60,409 nucleotides of DNA, taken from positions 1 through 60,409 of the forward strand of contig JAGVXA010000002.1 of NCBI GenBank assembly GCA_018304025.1. Reading direction: 5' to 3'. The notes beneath the pieces are model-generated. The model had not been told where the DNA came from. It saw only the letters and a list, made by a program, of their open reading frames with translations, and searched no databases. The position numbers were made by a program, and so were the translations under genes. Below, piece by piece: positions 28,786 through 39,900 of the stretch (its first letter is position 1; each line of letters starts with the position of its first letter). This DNA is from Candidatus Pacearchaeota archaeon (GTDB lineage Archaea > Nanobdellota > Nanobdellia > Pacearchaeales > GW2011-AR1).

Positions 28786-31002
28786 ATGAAGAAAAAGGGG
28801 ATAGTTCTTTTTGCGATTTTTATTTTATTTAGTTTGAACTTTGTTTTTGCTGCGCCAATTATTATTGACCATAATGCTGTCGACGATTTTGAAAATATTC
28901 CTGATGAATATATTATTCAAGCAAAAAAAATGTGGCTGAATTTTCCAGGAGAGTCGCATTCGAGCGGCTATAGGATTGGAGTGCAGCTGCTTGCGCAGCA
29001 AAACCCAGAATATGCTGCTGTGATTTCGACGAGTTCGCCTACTCCGTATCGGGAAGATGCGCTGCGTGTCAGCGGATTAGTTAGAACGCAGTATAGTTCG
29101 TGGGGCAGCGGGGCTGGCGAGGCGATATGGTATGCTAATGGAAGCTTGAGAAGCCGTATAAAAAATCATATTGATTACTGCAACAACAACAACTTAATTA
29201 TTTCTGCGATAGGATTCGGCTGGTGCTGGGATATGACTTGGCAGAATGCTCCTGGCGGCGGGTTGGATACAATTTTTGATGTTCATTGGGCTGGTTCGTC
29301 TGACGGAGGACCTCAAGGCAATCTGCGCTGGGGACTTGATGCAGAGGATACAGCGCTTACGGGAAATACAGTAAACATGGACACGTATCTTGGCGCAACA
29401 GAAGAATATTCTAACCACGCAGAATCGCAAGGATATGGAACGAAAGTAATGTTTACAACTGGGCCTGTCGACGGTTATACTGGCGAGAATGGATACCAGA
29501 GGGAGATAAAGCACGAGTACATCAGAAATTTTGTCGAAAATTCCGAAGACAGAATTCTTTTTGATTATGCAGATATTCTTTCGTATAATGATTCTGGAAA
29601 TGAAAATAGATTGGTTTGGAATGGAAATAATTATCAGCAGATACATCCAGATAACATGAAAGATTTGAATGGCGGATATGTTGAAGATGGAGACCATATT
29701 GGACAGATTGGGGCTGTTCGGCTGGCGAAAGCAGAATGGTATTTGGCGGCGCGGTTGGCGGGGTGGGATGGAGGGATTGCTGCAGAGGAAAATTGCTCGG
29801 ACGGGATTCAAAACGGGGATGAAGTGGGGGTTGATTGCGGGGGGAGCTGTCTGGATGCATGCTTTTCTAATATATCTAATAATATCTTGCTCAGTGTTTG
29901 GTGGCAAAGTGCAGATACAGAAACAATTATAAAATGGAAAAATAGGGGAGTAGACTATTATGTCGGACCGCCTTCAATAAATGGCGTATGGAATATATCG
30001 AGATTCACATCTAATTTGAATGCTCAAGGAATGAGGACATTTACTCATGCATCTGATTTTAGTGCTGCATGGACTGCAGAAGGGAATGATGTTTACAAAA
30101 CAAAAAGGCCTGATTATCCCGGATATCCTACAGCAAAAGATGATCCTGACTATGAAGGTTTTTCAGGATGGTTAGTAGAACCAGATGAACCGGATCTTGA
30201 TACGCACATGATTGGTTATACAGACAGTGCTCATCCTGAAACAATTGATGAAAAAGCGACAGTAGATGAATATGTAAGAAGAGTTGAATATCTGGAAAAT
30301 TTGAGTCATGCTACATTAAAAGTAGGCGGATTTGCAGGGAATGACCTTAGTTACTGTTATAATAATGGTTCTAAGAACAGAAGGACATTCACAAACTTAA
30401 GTTGGAACGACTTTGAGAACATGGCTGCACAATTAGATGTTGTTTATTCTGATTATTACCCAGTTAACATTGGCCAGAATCTTGATAGTTTGATTTCAAG
30501 AATTGTTGCTACTTCTGCAGTTGCCAATGGAAAACCATTTGTAATTGCCATTGAAACTAGCGACCAGCATATTAATATTAATGGCAGAGCGCCAACTCCT
30601 GGAGAGGTTCGGGCTGAGACCTGGTTAGCTTTGATTTATGGAGCTAAAGCAATTTTGTATTTTCCTCAAGCGCCTGGAGGGCAGAGATTGCCGATTGAAA
30701 TAATCAGAGATGATAATACACCCGCTGATGTTTCTGCTGAGTTAGCCATACAAAATGAGTTAATCAAAGAACATGAATTAGATTTATCCCTGTCGGGAAT
30801 AGTTGAAAATTATGGGAAATTCCATTGCAGGAAAATTCCTCTTTTAGATGGAACTGGAGATGTAAAAAAAATTTGCCTTAATCTAGATAATTCAACTAAT
30901 ATTTTAGATGGAAAATCTTATGACGCTTATGAAGTGAAAATTTTTATGGAAAGTCCGACGATGCCTTGTGTGATAACGAAAGCGTATTGGAGAGTGTTGT
31001 AA
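28786..31002 (+). CDS. Secreted two-domain enzyme (SGNH-like + glycoside hydrolase-like) with C-terminal CVITKAYWRVL tag
   Basis: Signal peptide; GESHS..FDYADI..DGDH; CSDGIQNGDEVGVDCGGSC linker; DEPD, DYYP, IET, RAETWLALIYGAKAILYF. Confidence 0.7.
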   Translation: MKKKGIVLFAIFILFSLNFVFAAPIIIDHNAVDDFENIPDEYIIQAKKMWLNFPGESHSSGYRIGVQLLAQQNPEYAAVISTSSPTPYREDALRVSGLVRTQYSSWGSGAGEAIWYANGSLRSRIKNHIDYCNNNNLIISAIGFGWCWDMTWQNAPGGGLDTIFDVHWAGSSDGGPQGNLRWGLDAEDTALTGNTVNMDTYLGATEEYSNHAESQGYGTKVMFTTGPVDGYTGENGYQREIKHEYIRNFVENSEDRILFDYADILSYNDSGNENRLVWNGNNYQQIHPDNMKDLNGGYVEDGDHIGQIGAVRLAKAEWYLAARLAGWDGGIAAEENCSDGIQNGDEVGVDCGGSCLDACFSNISNNILLSVWWQSADTETIIKWKNRGVDYYVGPPSINGVWNISRFTSNLNAQGMRTFTHASDFSAAWTAEGNDVYKTKRPDYPGYPTAKDDPDYEGFSGWLVEPDEPDLDTHMIGYTDSAHPETIDEKATVDEYVRRVEYLENLSHATLKVGGFAGNDLSYCYNNGSKNRRTFTNLSWNDFENMAAQLDVVYSDYYPVNIGQNLDSLISRIVATSAVANGKPFVIAIETSDQHININGRAPTPGEVRAETWLALIYGAKAILYFPQAPGGQRLPIEIIRDDNTPADVSAELAIQNELIKEHELDLSLSGIVENYGKFHCRKIPLLDGTGDVKKICLNLDNSTNILDGKSYDAYEVKIFMESPTMPCVITKAYWRVL

Positions 31003-31010
31003 ATATCGGA

Positions 31011-31613
31011 TTAGGGGGAGTTATATTTAGGATAAGACGGCTGGAAATTCTGCTTATCTCTTTTTATTTTTATTGCCAAGAAAATAATTGCTGTTAACAA
31101 CAAGAAGGATGCGATTCCCGCTGTAATCAAGACGGTGATTGTTGTTTTAGATAATTTTCCTTTTGTTGGCATTCTTTCTAGGGCTTTTCTTTCAGGAGGG
31201 CTTTCGATTATTTTTAGCGGGAAAGAAACAGTCATCGCGGGGGAGAATTGAACCATTCCTTCTTCTGCCGCGAGCTGCTTGAATTTCACGCTTATAGTCT
31301 GCTCGCTGGTTTTCGCGTTTTTTGGAATTTGTATTTTGACTGGAATTTTGACTGATTTTTCTCCCTGCGGAATTGTAAACTCTGTTTTTCCGACGATTTC
31401 GGCGAGATTTTCTGGGTTGTCGGTTATACTTGCTGTTATTATTGTATCAGATTCTTTTGCAGGCGCCTGGACTGTGAAGTTTATTATTTGGTTTTCATTT
31501 GGCCTGAGAACTAAAGGATTGTCTTTGTAGTAGGGGAATGAGACGCCTATTGCCGTCGCTATCGGAGTTATTAATAAGAAGATTAGAGAGAGGAGAAGAA
31601 TATTCTTTTTCAT
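31011..31613 (-). CDS. Ig-like (DUF916/PapD-like) protein with C-terminal TM anchor
   Basis: True start MKKNILL (TATA 24 nt upstream; the longer ORF runs into a repeat); LRPNE..IPVKIQIPKNAK; paralog of 31916-32518. Confidence 0.7.
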   Translation of the reverse strand: MKKNILLLSLIFLLITPIATAIGVSFPYYKDNPLVLRPNENQIINFTVQAPAKESDTIITASITDNPENLAEIVGKTEFTIPQGEKSVKIPVKIQIPKNAKTSEQTISVKFKQLAAEEGMVQFSPAMTVSFPLKIIESPPERKALERMPTKGKLSKTTITVLITAGIASFLLLTAIIFLAIKIKRDKQNFQPSYPKYNSP

Positions 31614-31651
31614 TATTCTTAATAATTCTTTTAGTATATAAATTATATTAC

Positions 31652-31814
31652 TTTTCTGGCCGCAATTGGATTTTGCTTCGCAAATTCTTATCGGTAAAAA
31701 TTGCTTTTGATGCGTCGCAATTGGACTCGCTGACAATCGCGAGTCTTATCGGTAAAATTCGCTCCGCGAATTTGGCGACGCATCAACTCCTCTCCGTGAA
31801 TTTAGCGTGCCGAA
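31652..31814. repeat. REP-like element with nested 80-bp element (31707-31786)
   Basis: Inner TIR ttgatgcgtcgc/gcgacgcatcaa sits in hairpin 2 of the outer element. Confidence 0.85.
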
Positions 31815-31915
31815 TTAATTTTATACTTGGCGGTTTGTTAGTTTAGATTCGCAGGTAAATATTAATTGGATAGGTTGTTGTTTACAAGTTAGCAGGGTTT
31901 GTTCAGACAAAAGAA

Positions 31916-32518
31916 TTATCTCTTTTTATTTTGGGCTGGCTGTTGTTTCTTGCTTTTTATGACGAGCCAGAGGATTATTATTATTACTGCTATTATTGCT
32001 AAGGACAAGATAACTGCTATTGCTGAGATTCCTGGCTTGGTTTTTTCTGTCTCTTCTGGCTGGGCTTTTACAACATTTAGATTAATCTCTCTCCTGTAAC
32101 TAAACGCAAAAGCTACACTAGTTCCTCCGGATTCAACCTCGTTTCCGCCGACGTTTCCAGAGACAACTTTAAACAATATTTTTACAGGATAACTATCTCC
32201 TACTTTTGCGTTTGTAGGAATTTTAATTTGAATAGGAACAGCAGCATTACTGTTTGCAGAGACGTCAAATCGGTTTCCTTCTGGGAAAGTTACATATTCT
32301 CCTCCTTCTTCAAGAGTTGCTTCGACAGTTATATCAGTACAACCGCTTCCATAATTTTGCAAGGAAAACGCACTATCATAAACTTCTCCTGGGAGTAACT
32401 GCAAATTATCGCTTTGAAACCCAACAGCGAATGCACTAACTGCCGCGCTCAAAAAAATAAATACTATTCCGCTTAGTAAAAATTGCAAGTTGTTGATTTT
32501 TATTGTTTTAAATTTCAT
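31916..32518 (-). CDS. Ig-like (DUF916/PapD-like) protein with C-terminal TM anchor
   Basis: Signal; LLPGE..LQN..VPIQIKIPTNAKVG; C-terminal TM and basic tail. Confidence 0.75.
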   Translation of the reverse strand: MKFKTIKINNLQFLLSGIVFIFLSAAVSAFAVGFQSDNLQLLPGEVYDSAFSLQNYGSGCTDITVEATLEEGGEYVTFPEGNRFDVSANSNAAVPIQIKIPTNAKVGDSYPVKILFKVVSGNVGGNEVESGGTSVAFAFSYRREINLNVVKAQPEETEKTKPGISAIAVILSLAIIAVIIIILWLVIKSKKQQPAQNKKR

Positions 32519-32519
32519 T

Positions 32520-33914
32520 TTAACCTATTGTTAACTCCCATTGTTCACCGTCAGCATCGCAAGTTGCACCGCACGCGTTATTCGCGCTGTACGCAGAGTC
32601 AGTTGTGCCTCCGCTTAAGCAAGGTCCAGCTGCGCAACCAGTTAATGAATCTAAACGCTGCCAAATGCAGAAGTATAATTCGTCTTGATTAGTTCCTGAA
32701 ACATAAGTGTTATCAGCATTAAAGTTTATTGTGAAACCTAAAGCATCGACGTCAGTTACAGTATTTCCAGCTAGTGTAGCAGCAAAAGGCGCGCTTCCTC
32801 CACCAGCAGCTGCATTGCAAGCTCCTGTGTTTCCAAGTCCAACAACATCGTCAGCGCTCATTGATTCTACTTCTAAATTTGCTGCTGAAAGTACGTCACC
32901 TGTTAAATCTTGCGGCTTAAGACTAAATTGTGTTAATGCTTGATTTCCTCTATTTCTAAAACTTAAACCTGTATCTGTTTCAGTAAGATCATTATCGTTA
33001 CCAGGTGTATCGGTTGCTGTGACAGATACTCCAGTCCATACAAGTCTTTCAGAGGGTCTAATATCTATTCCTTGCACAGTCAAATAATCCATAAAATATG
33101 CTTCGTCAGCTGCATCCCAAGGTGCTGTAACAAAACTCGCACTAGTTCTAGATGCAGAATTTCCAGTACTATCTTCTATATATAGACTGAAACTCCAAAA
33201 ATCACCTTGAAGTGTTTTTGTTCCTGCGGATGGCTCGTCATAAAATTGCATTTGCACATAGCATCTGTATTTTCTTTGTCTTTCAGAAATTAATCCTCCG
33301 TAAGGAGAAACTCCAGCACCATTATTGCATCCTGCAACAACAGGTCCGGCTGCTCCGCCACAGTCGATTGCATAACAAGCTGCAGTAGCTCCTGTTGGCA
33401 TAGTGCCTGTAACAGCATCTCTTGTTCTGCAAGTGCTAGCACACCTAACACCATTTGCAGGTGAAGTGGATCTAACGGCAATTTGAAAGTTAGATGCGGT
33501 TGGGCTTCCAAAAGGAATAATAGCAGGACAACTGCTTGCAGCACCACAAGTGCCTGGCAAGCCAGGTAATTCGTTTGGTGTACCAGGACTTAGATTAGGG
33601 TCTTCTACTATAAATTCAATAACAGAATAAACAAGACCGGCAGCGCCGTCAGCAGCAGAAAGAGGCTGAACGTCACGCACAGGGCTCGATACTATCGGAG
33701 CGTTTGATGGATCAACGTCAGTTACTTCAAGCAGACCGACAATAGTCGGCGGAGTGTTTGCCAATTGAACGCTGGCATCGAAAGGACTCAAGTCAGGCTC
33801 TTCTCCTGTAACTGCGCTTTTGATTTTATCAACAATTCCCGCAGATGCAAATGAAACTGACAATAGAAATAAAACTGCAAGAATTGACGCCGCAAAAATA
33901 AATCGTGTTTTCAT
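32520..33914 (-). CDS. Secreted A/G/T-rich putative structural (fibre/S-layer) subunit
   Basis: Signal peptide, no anchor, ends WELTIG; homologous to the distal extracellular domain of 33953-41794. Confidence 0.75.
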   Translation of the reverse strand: MKTRFIFAASILAVLFLLSVSFASAGIVDKIKSAVTGEEPDLSPFDASVQLANTPPTIVGLLEVTDVDPSNAPIVSSPVRDVQPLSAADGAAGLVYSVIEFIVEDPNLSPGTPNELPGLPGTCGAASSCPAIIPFGSPTASNFQIAVRSTSPANGVRCASTCRTRDAVTGTMPTGATAACYAIDCGGAAGPVVAGCNNGAGVSPYGGLISERQRKYRCYVQMQFYDEPSAGTKTLQGDFWSFSLYIEDSTGNSASRTSASFVTAPWDAADEAYFMDYLTVQGIDIRPSERLVWTGVSVTATDTPGNDNDLTETDTGLSFRNRGNQALTQFSLKPQDLTGDVLSAANLEVESMSADDVVGLGNTGACNAAAGGGSAPFAATLAGNTVTDVDALGFTINFNADNTYVSGTNQDELYFCIWQRLDSLTGCAAGPCLSGGTTDSAYSANNACGATCDADGEQWELTIG

Positions 33915-33952
33915 TTTCCCCTTTTGATTTTAATAAGTAAATGTTTAACTAT

Positions 33953-36900
33953 TTAAATATTTCTTTTTTGGAGTGCTCTCTTGAAAATTGTATAAATGTT
34001 TCTTGAGTCTTTGTTCAAGAGATTTGCGACTGCTGAATTTGTCATGCCGGAGTTTCTTAAATTAGCGACGAGAGATTCTGAAATACTGAGATTTCTATTT
34101 GAGAAGATTTTTATTGAAATGAATATTGCTTTTGCGGATATTTGGAATTTGGATTGTTTTTTGATGGAAGCGTTTCTGTAATTTATCCAAATTGTTCTTT
34201 GGTTTCTGTTCAGCAGTTGGGCGATTTGGCTATATGAAAGGTTTTGGTTTTCTTTCAAATATTTTGTCAGGGCTTCTGCAGGACTTATTCCTTGCGCGAA
34301 AATTTCTGCAGGTATTTTGATTTCTTCTCTTGCTGCCTGGTATTCTTCTTTTAATCTTTCTTCGACTAATTCAAGAATTTCTTCTTTTTGCTTCTTCAAT
34401 TTTTCTTCGACTAATTCAAGAATTTCTTTCTTTGATTTTTTCTTTTTACGCCGCGGAATTACGACAAGCGCGAGCGCGAAGTAAATGTCGATTTCCCACG
34501 CAGTGCCTCCAACTGACGGCGAGGTGGAGAAACTTTCAGCTGGAAGTCCGGATGGAACTTGGTTCAAGCAAAAATAAATATCCTTTTCTGTTATCGTTGG
34601 GGATGGGGGGCCTGTTGGAAGCAATTGGAATGATTGTACTGATTGCACACTACTGTGTGCTAATACTGTGTCGTCTTCTACATCGCATGCTGTTGTTTCT
34701 GATTTGGCTGAAAAACTATCTGCCGGAATATTTTCTGATTGAGCTAAGTCGTAGCGAAGATTAAATGCTTCTATCGATAAACTGTTCAGTTCTATGTTTC
34801 CGGTATTTCTTACTTGAAGAGGAGATTCAGAAGGAACTGGCGTTGTTTGCCCGGAAACTACGTTTTGCCAGTTTAATGATTGCGGAGGAAGAATTTCAAA
34901 ACTATAGAAAGGAAGCACTTCGAATTGTTCAAAGTATTCATCGCTTACGGAATTTTCTGAGAGCATAAGATGTACATTCCAGTCTATTGCAGGCTCGTCC
35001 CAGTATTTCATAAATACTGTGCAGGTGTATACTAAGTAATCTGTCATATCAGTTTCAAAATTGCATGAACCTGCTCTTACGGTTTGTTCTGTTCTATCCA
35101 GTGTGAAGCCGGCGAAAAGAACTGCTGAGGGGGAAGCAACGACGTCAACTTGGAAATTTACTTCAACGTCTTCTTCGGCAATATTTTTTTCTGCAAAATC
35201 CACTGGGTTGAGATTTCTGACGCGAAGTATGAACGGGTCGGTTTCTTTTCCTATTTTATATACAGAGTATCCTGGAGATGCAGGTATAGTGAAATTTATA
35301 TTTTCTGTAGTTTCGTTAAAAGTTTCTGGCTGGATGTTTGTGCAGTCTGTGCAGTTCCTTCCGTTTCTTAAGATTTGAAAAGGAGATGTTAGATTTACAG
35401 CAGGATAATTGTAGAGAGAAATTCTTGCTGATTTGCCTAAGCCGGAGTTGGCTTCTGCGTCGATTGAAATTCTGTTGTGCCTAATATTAACTTCTCTGCT
35501 TAGTTCGTTTCCTTCTCCAGAGATTCCTTCTAAGAATCGGATTTTTCCTTCGTTTGTATCTTCAAATATAACTTTGTTTCCTGCGAAACTGTATTTTTTC
35601 AGAATCATGTCGATTAATGTTGTGTTTTCAAGGGCTGATGACGAGGACAAAACAATATCTTTAGAGAAAGCGCCCGTTACACTAATGTTTTTGAATACAT
35701 TCTTGCTTGAGTCATCTTCAGTTGAACTTCCACTCATATAAATTGCATTTAGTGAAGAACTTTCGATTCTTCCCTGCGAGAAAAGATTGTTTGCACTATG
35801 GTCAACATTTATTCCATCGTAATTATTATTTGCTGTGATATTTGTGAACGTGTTATTTGGACTAAAATAAATATACATTCCGAAAAGGGAGTTGTCATTT
35901 GCCGTGATGTCTGCGAGGAAATTATTAGAACTGCCGACAAAATAAATTCCATCGTAATTATTATTTGCTGTGATATTTGAAAGAGTATTGTTCGAGCTAG
36001 AATGAAAGTACAGACCGAAAAAATAATTATCGTTCGCTGTGACGTCTATAAGCGTGTTGTTGCTAGAACTGCTTGAAAGGTAAATTCCGTCGAGATTATT
36101 AGAAACATTGACAGATTGTATGGCGGAATTGTTCACGCTTTCAAAATAAATTCCTGCGCTATTGTAGATGCTTCCAAAATCAGATATTGTTGTGTTTAGG
36201 ATAATTATATTTACGCGTCCTGTTGCATATATTCCGTAATCTGTTCCGGAACTATCGCCTTTAATTGCGTATTTGTTTCCGTTTAATGTAATATTGTCTG
36301 CTTCAATAGTCAAACATGTTCCTGTTGTTTGAATGTCATTGGCTAAGTAATAGCATCTGTTTGGCAGAGTTATTTGTGATGCGCCTTGGTCGCATTGAGT
36401 TATTGGGATGCAAGGAGGTAAAATTGTTACTGTTCTTTGTTCTGTTGAATTTAGATTTCCTATTGCGTCAACTGCGTATGCTTTGAATGTGTGCGCTCTC
36501 TCTGGTAATTCTGTGAATTCATTATAATATTGGTATTTTGTCGCGTTGTAGAGAGATTGGATTTCTGGTCCTGAGAGAGAACGATTGAATACCATTAATT
36601 CATCAAGGATGCCGTTGAATTCATGCTGATGATCGCTTCCTCCGCATCTGCCTATTAAAAAGCCATAACCTTCAGTGATTAGATTATTTGAAGTTCCATC
36701 TTCTATACCGTCTAGATATAATGTTTGTCTGGAATTTTCATAAGTAAAAGTAGCGTGGTACCATACTCCGGGCTGCAGAGTTGTGGCGCCAGCAAGGTAA
36801 TTACCGCTCATCTGAGCAACTAATCTTCGGTTCAAAACATAAAACTGTCTGCCGCCGCTATTAAAAATTTGGTCTTCGGTTGTGTCGTCAACTGCTCTTT

Positions 36901-39900
36901 TTATCCACGCAGAATATGTAAATTGCGGAGAACTAGTCAGGCTTTGTTTAGGATTCCCAATTCGAATAACATTATTCATTCCTAAAAATTCAAAACCACC
37001 TCCGAATTTTCCTTCTTTTACAGGTCCGATTTTAGAAGAATCTACGATAACAACTGTTCCGTTATTTTCATTTCCGCTCCAGTCATATACAAATGTGTCA
37101 TTTTCTTTGACAGAAGAATCGTTGTCGAGTCTCCACCAGCCGACTAATGACTTATCAAAATCATTCAAGACGTAATGCTCTCCGTTGTTGTCTGCTGAAG
37201 AAACATTTATGATAATGGAGTTTGTGTTTCGCGCTGAAGCGTTTGCAGGAGTATCTCCGACGAAAGAGATATTTGGAGCAGTTACATCGGGTGTTGTTAC
37301 TGTTCTTTGTTCTGTTGAATTTAGATTTCCTGCCAAATCAACAGCATAAGACTTGAATGTGTGCGCTCCCTCTGGCAAGTTTGTGAAGGTATTGTAATAC
37401 TGGTGTGCCGAAGCGCTATATAATGTTGCAATCTCATCTGCTGATAATATTCTGTTGAAAATTAGGACTTCGTCAATTGAGCCATTGAAGTAATATCTAC
37501 TTCCGTCGTCTTCGCTTCCTATTGAATTGCTTGTTGATGTTGTTGCAGGTGTTCTTTGCTGACCGAACTCTACAATGCTACTTCCGATTATTTGACCGTC
37601 TAAGTATATGCTTATGTTTCCTGTAGCATAATTTATTGTTCCGACGATGTGTTGCCATTTGTTTTCAACTGCGCCGTTTGTTTGAAAGCTAAGCAGGCCG
37701 CCACCATCTATTGCTCGTGCGGCAACTTTTATATCATCTGTATTTCCTACTTCTATTGATGCTCTTGTGGATTTTGTCGGTAAAACAGAATTAATCGAAA
37801 TTGCTACAATGACATTACCCTCTGTTGAATGGATTTTTTTAGGATATACCCATGCAGATAATGTTGCACTACTGACATTAGATAGTATGTCGAGTCCTGT
37901 TCCAAGCCCGACATAGTCTCCATTTCCGTAGAATTCAAATGCTTTGCCGAACTTTCCGTTAGGAGTTTGCGCAGAGTTGCCCATTGCTGTTCCATTGTTG
38001 CTCTTGTTGCTTAGGTCTATTATTTTGGTTCCATCAATGTCATCCATTCTCCACCAGCCGACTAATGATTTATCAAAATCATTCAAGACATAATGCTCTC
38101 CGTTGTCGTCGGCTGAAGAAACATTTACGACGAAAGAATTTGTTGATAATAAGGAGTTGTTTGCAGGAGTATCTCCGACGAAAGAGATATTTGGAGCTAT
38201 AGGGTCTTCTCCGATGCTATAATTGCTCCAGCTCGTTACATTGAATATAACTGTATCTGCGTTTAATGGCGTGAAAGCGTAACAGTCTGTGCAGGGCATT
38301 CCATCTCTTAATATTGTCGGTCCTTTGAAATTTGCTCCGGGAGAATTGTAGAGAGTTATGTTTGCTGTTCTGTTTAAGCCAGGCGTAATTAAAGATTCAA
38401 CTGTGACTGAATTATTTTCGATTCTTATATCGTTGCTTAAATTTGAATTACTGCCTGTTACGTCCTGATAAAAATAAACTTCTCCATATTCAGATTTCTT
38501 GACACTTATAGTGCCTGTTAAATAATATCCTGCTATTGAACTGTCTATTACATTCGTTCCATTTACATAACTCCAAATACCGCCAGGGCTAATTCCAGTG
38601 ACATTTTTTAGAGTGATGTTGTTTGAATATATGTAAATACGATTATTTGTTATAGTATTTTCTATTAAATTATTTGGAGAACCAGAAAGCCAAAATGCTC
38701 CGTACGCATCATTCATAATAATATTGCCGGAAAAATTATTATTTTGCGAGTTGTCTGTCCAGATTGCTTTGTGTACGTTGCTGTACATGCGATTGTTTTT
38801 TACAACAGTATAATCTACACCGTTAAAATACATGCCAGTGTACTGCCTGCTAATTGAATTATTAAATATAAAAGAATAGTCAGCTCCTTGGAGATAAATT
38901 CCTCTGCCGCTGGATGCGATGCCCATAGTAATGTTGCAATTCTTTACTGTAGTATTCGGCTGGTTTGAATAAACTCCTGCAACCGGGTTCGTGCTTTTGA
39001 TTGAATATCCTTTGCAATCCAATGTAATATTTTGCGCGGAAATAGTAATACAAGGAGCGGTTAAACCGTTGTTTATAATATTCGCATTCATCTCGTATGT
39101 GGTGTTTGATTCAGAGAGCGTGTCGCATTCGAATACAGATGATTTGTTTATTGTGACAAATCTCTGCTCTGTTGAATTTAGATTTCCTGCTGTGTCAACG
39201 GCGTATGCTTTGAATGTATGGTTTCTTCCTTGTAAACTTGTAAATTCATTGTAATACTTATTTGTAGACGCTTCATACAACGCCGAGATTTCACTGACAG
39301 ATAATGTTCTATTAAATAACGAAACATCGTCAATTATGCCGTTGAAGTATGCTGTGGACCAAGAGGAATCGTAAATGCCTGCTTCACCAATATAAAAGTT
39401 TCCTGTTTCTGTTGCTCCGCAAGAAGCAACCATATCAAATAGAGGTTCTGTTTTATCAAATACTCCATTTATATAAAGCGACATAGCTTCAGAACTAGGT
39501 ACGTAAACAAAAGTAATAAGTGTCCATTCGTTTAGAGGAATATTTTGGGTGCTTGTAATTCTGCTTGTGCCATCATACTGAGGTTCGCCGAGTCCGCTAA
39601 GAAAATTCAGTTTATTGTTGCCGTCTAAGTAAATTGAATGCATTCCGCAATCGTAGCTGTCTAATTCTGAATAATAATTAATTATTCCGCCCTCACTTTC
39701 AGGATAAATCCACATTGCCCATGTAAAAGCAGAAATACTAAACGGATAAGGCGCATTTTCTGTTGTTATATAATCTCCACTGCCATCAAAACTAAATCCT
39801 TTTCCGAACTTACCTTCGTTAGTCTGCGCAGCATCACCGCCTTTAGTTCCGTTATTGCTCCAGATACTTAGGTCAACAATGTCCCCAAAACTATTGAGGT

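Noticed and set aside
29194-29907. 237-aa antisense ORF and other shadow ORFs inside long genes
   Set aside because: Fully overlap well-supported genes on the opposite strand or frame and have no motifs
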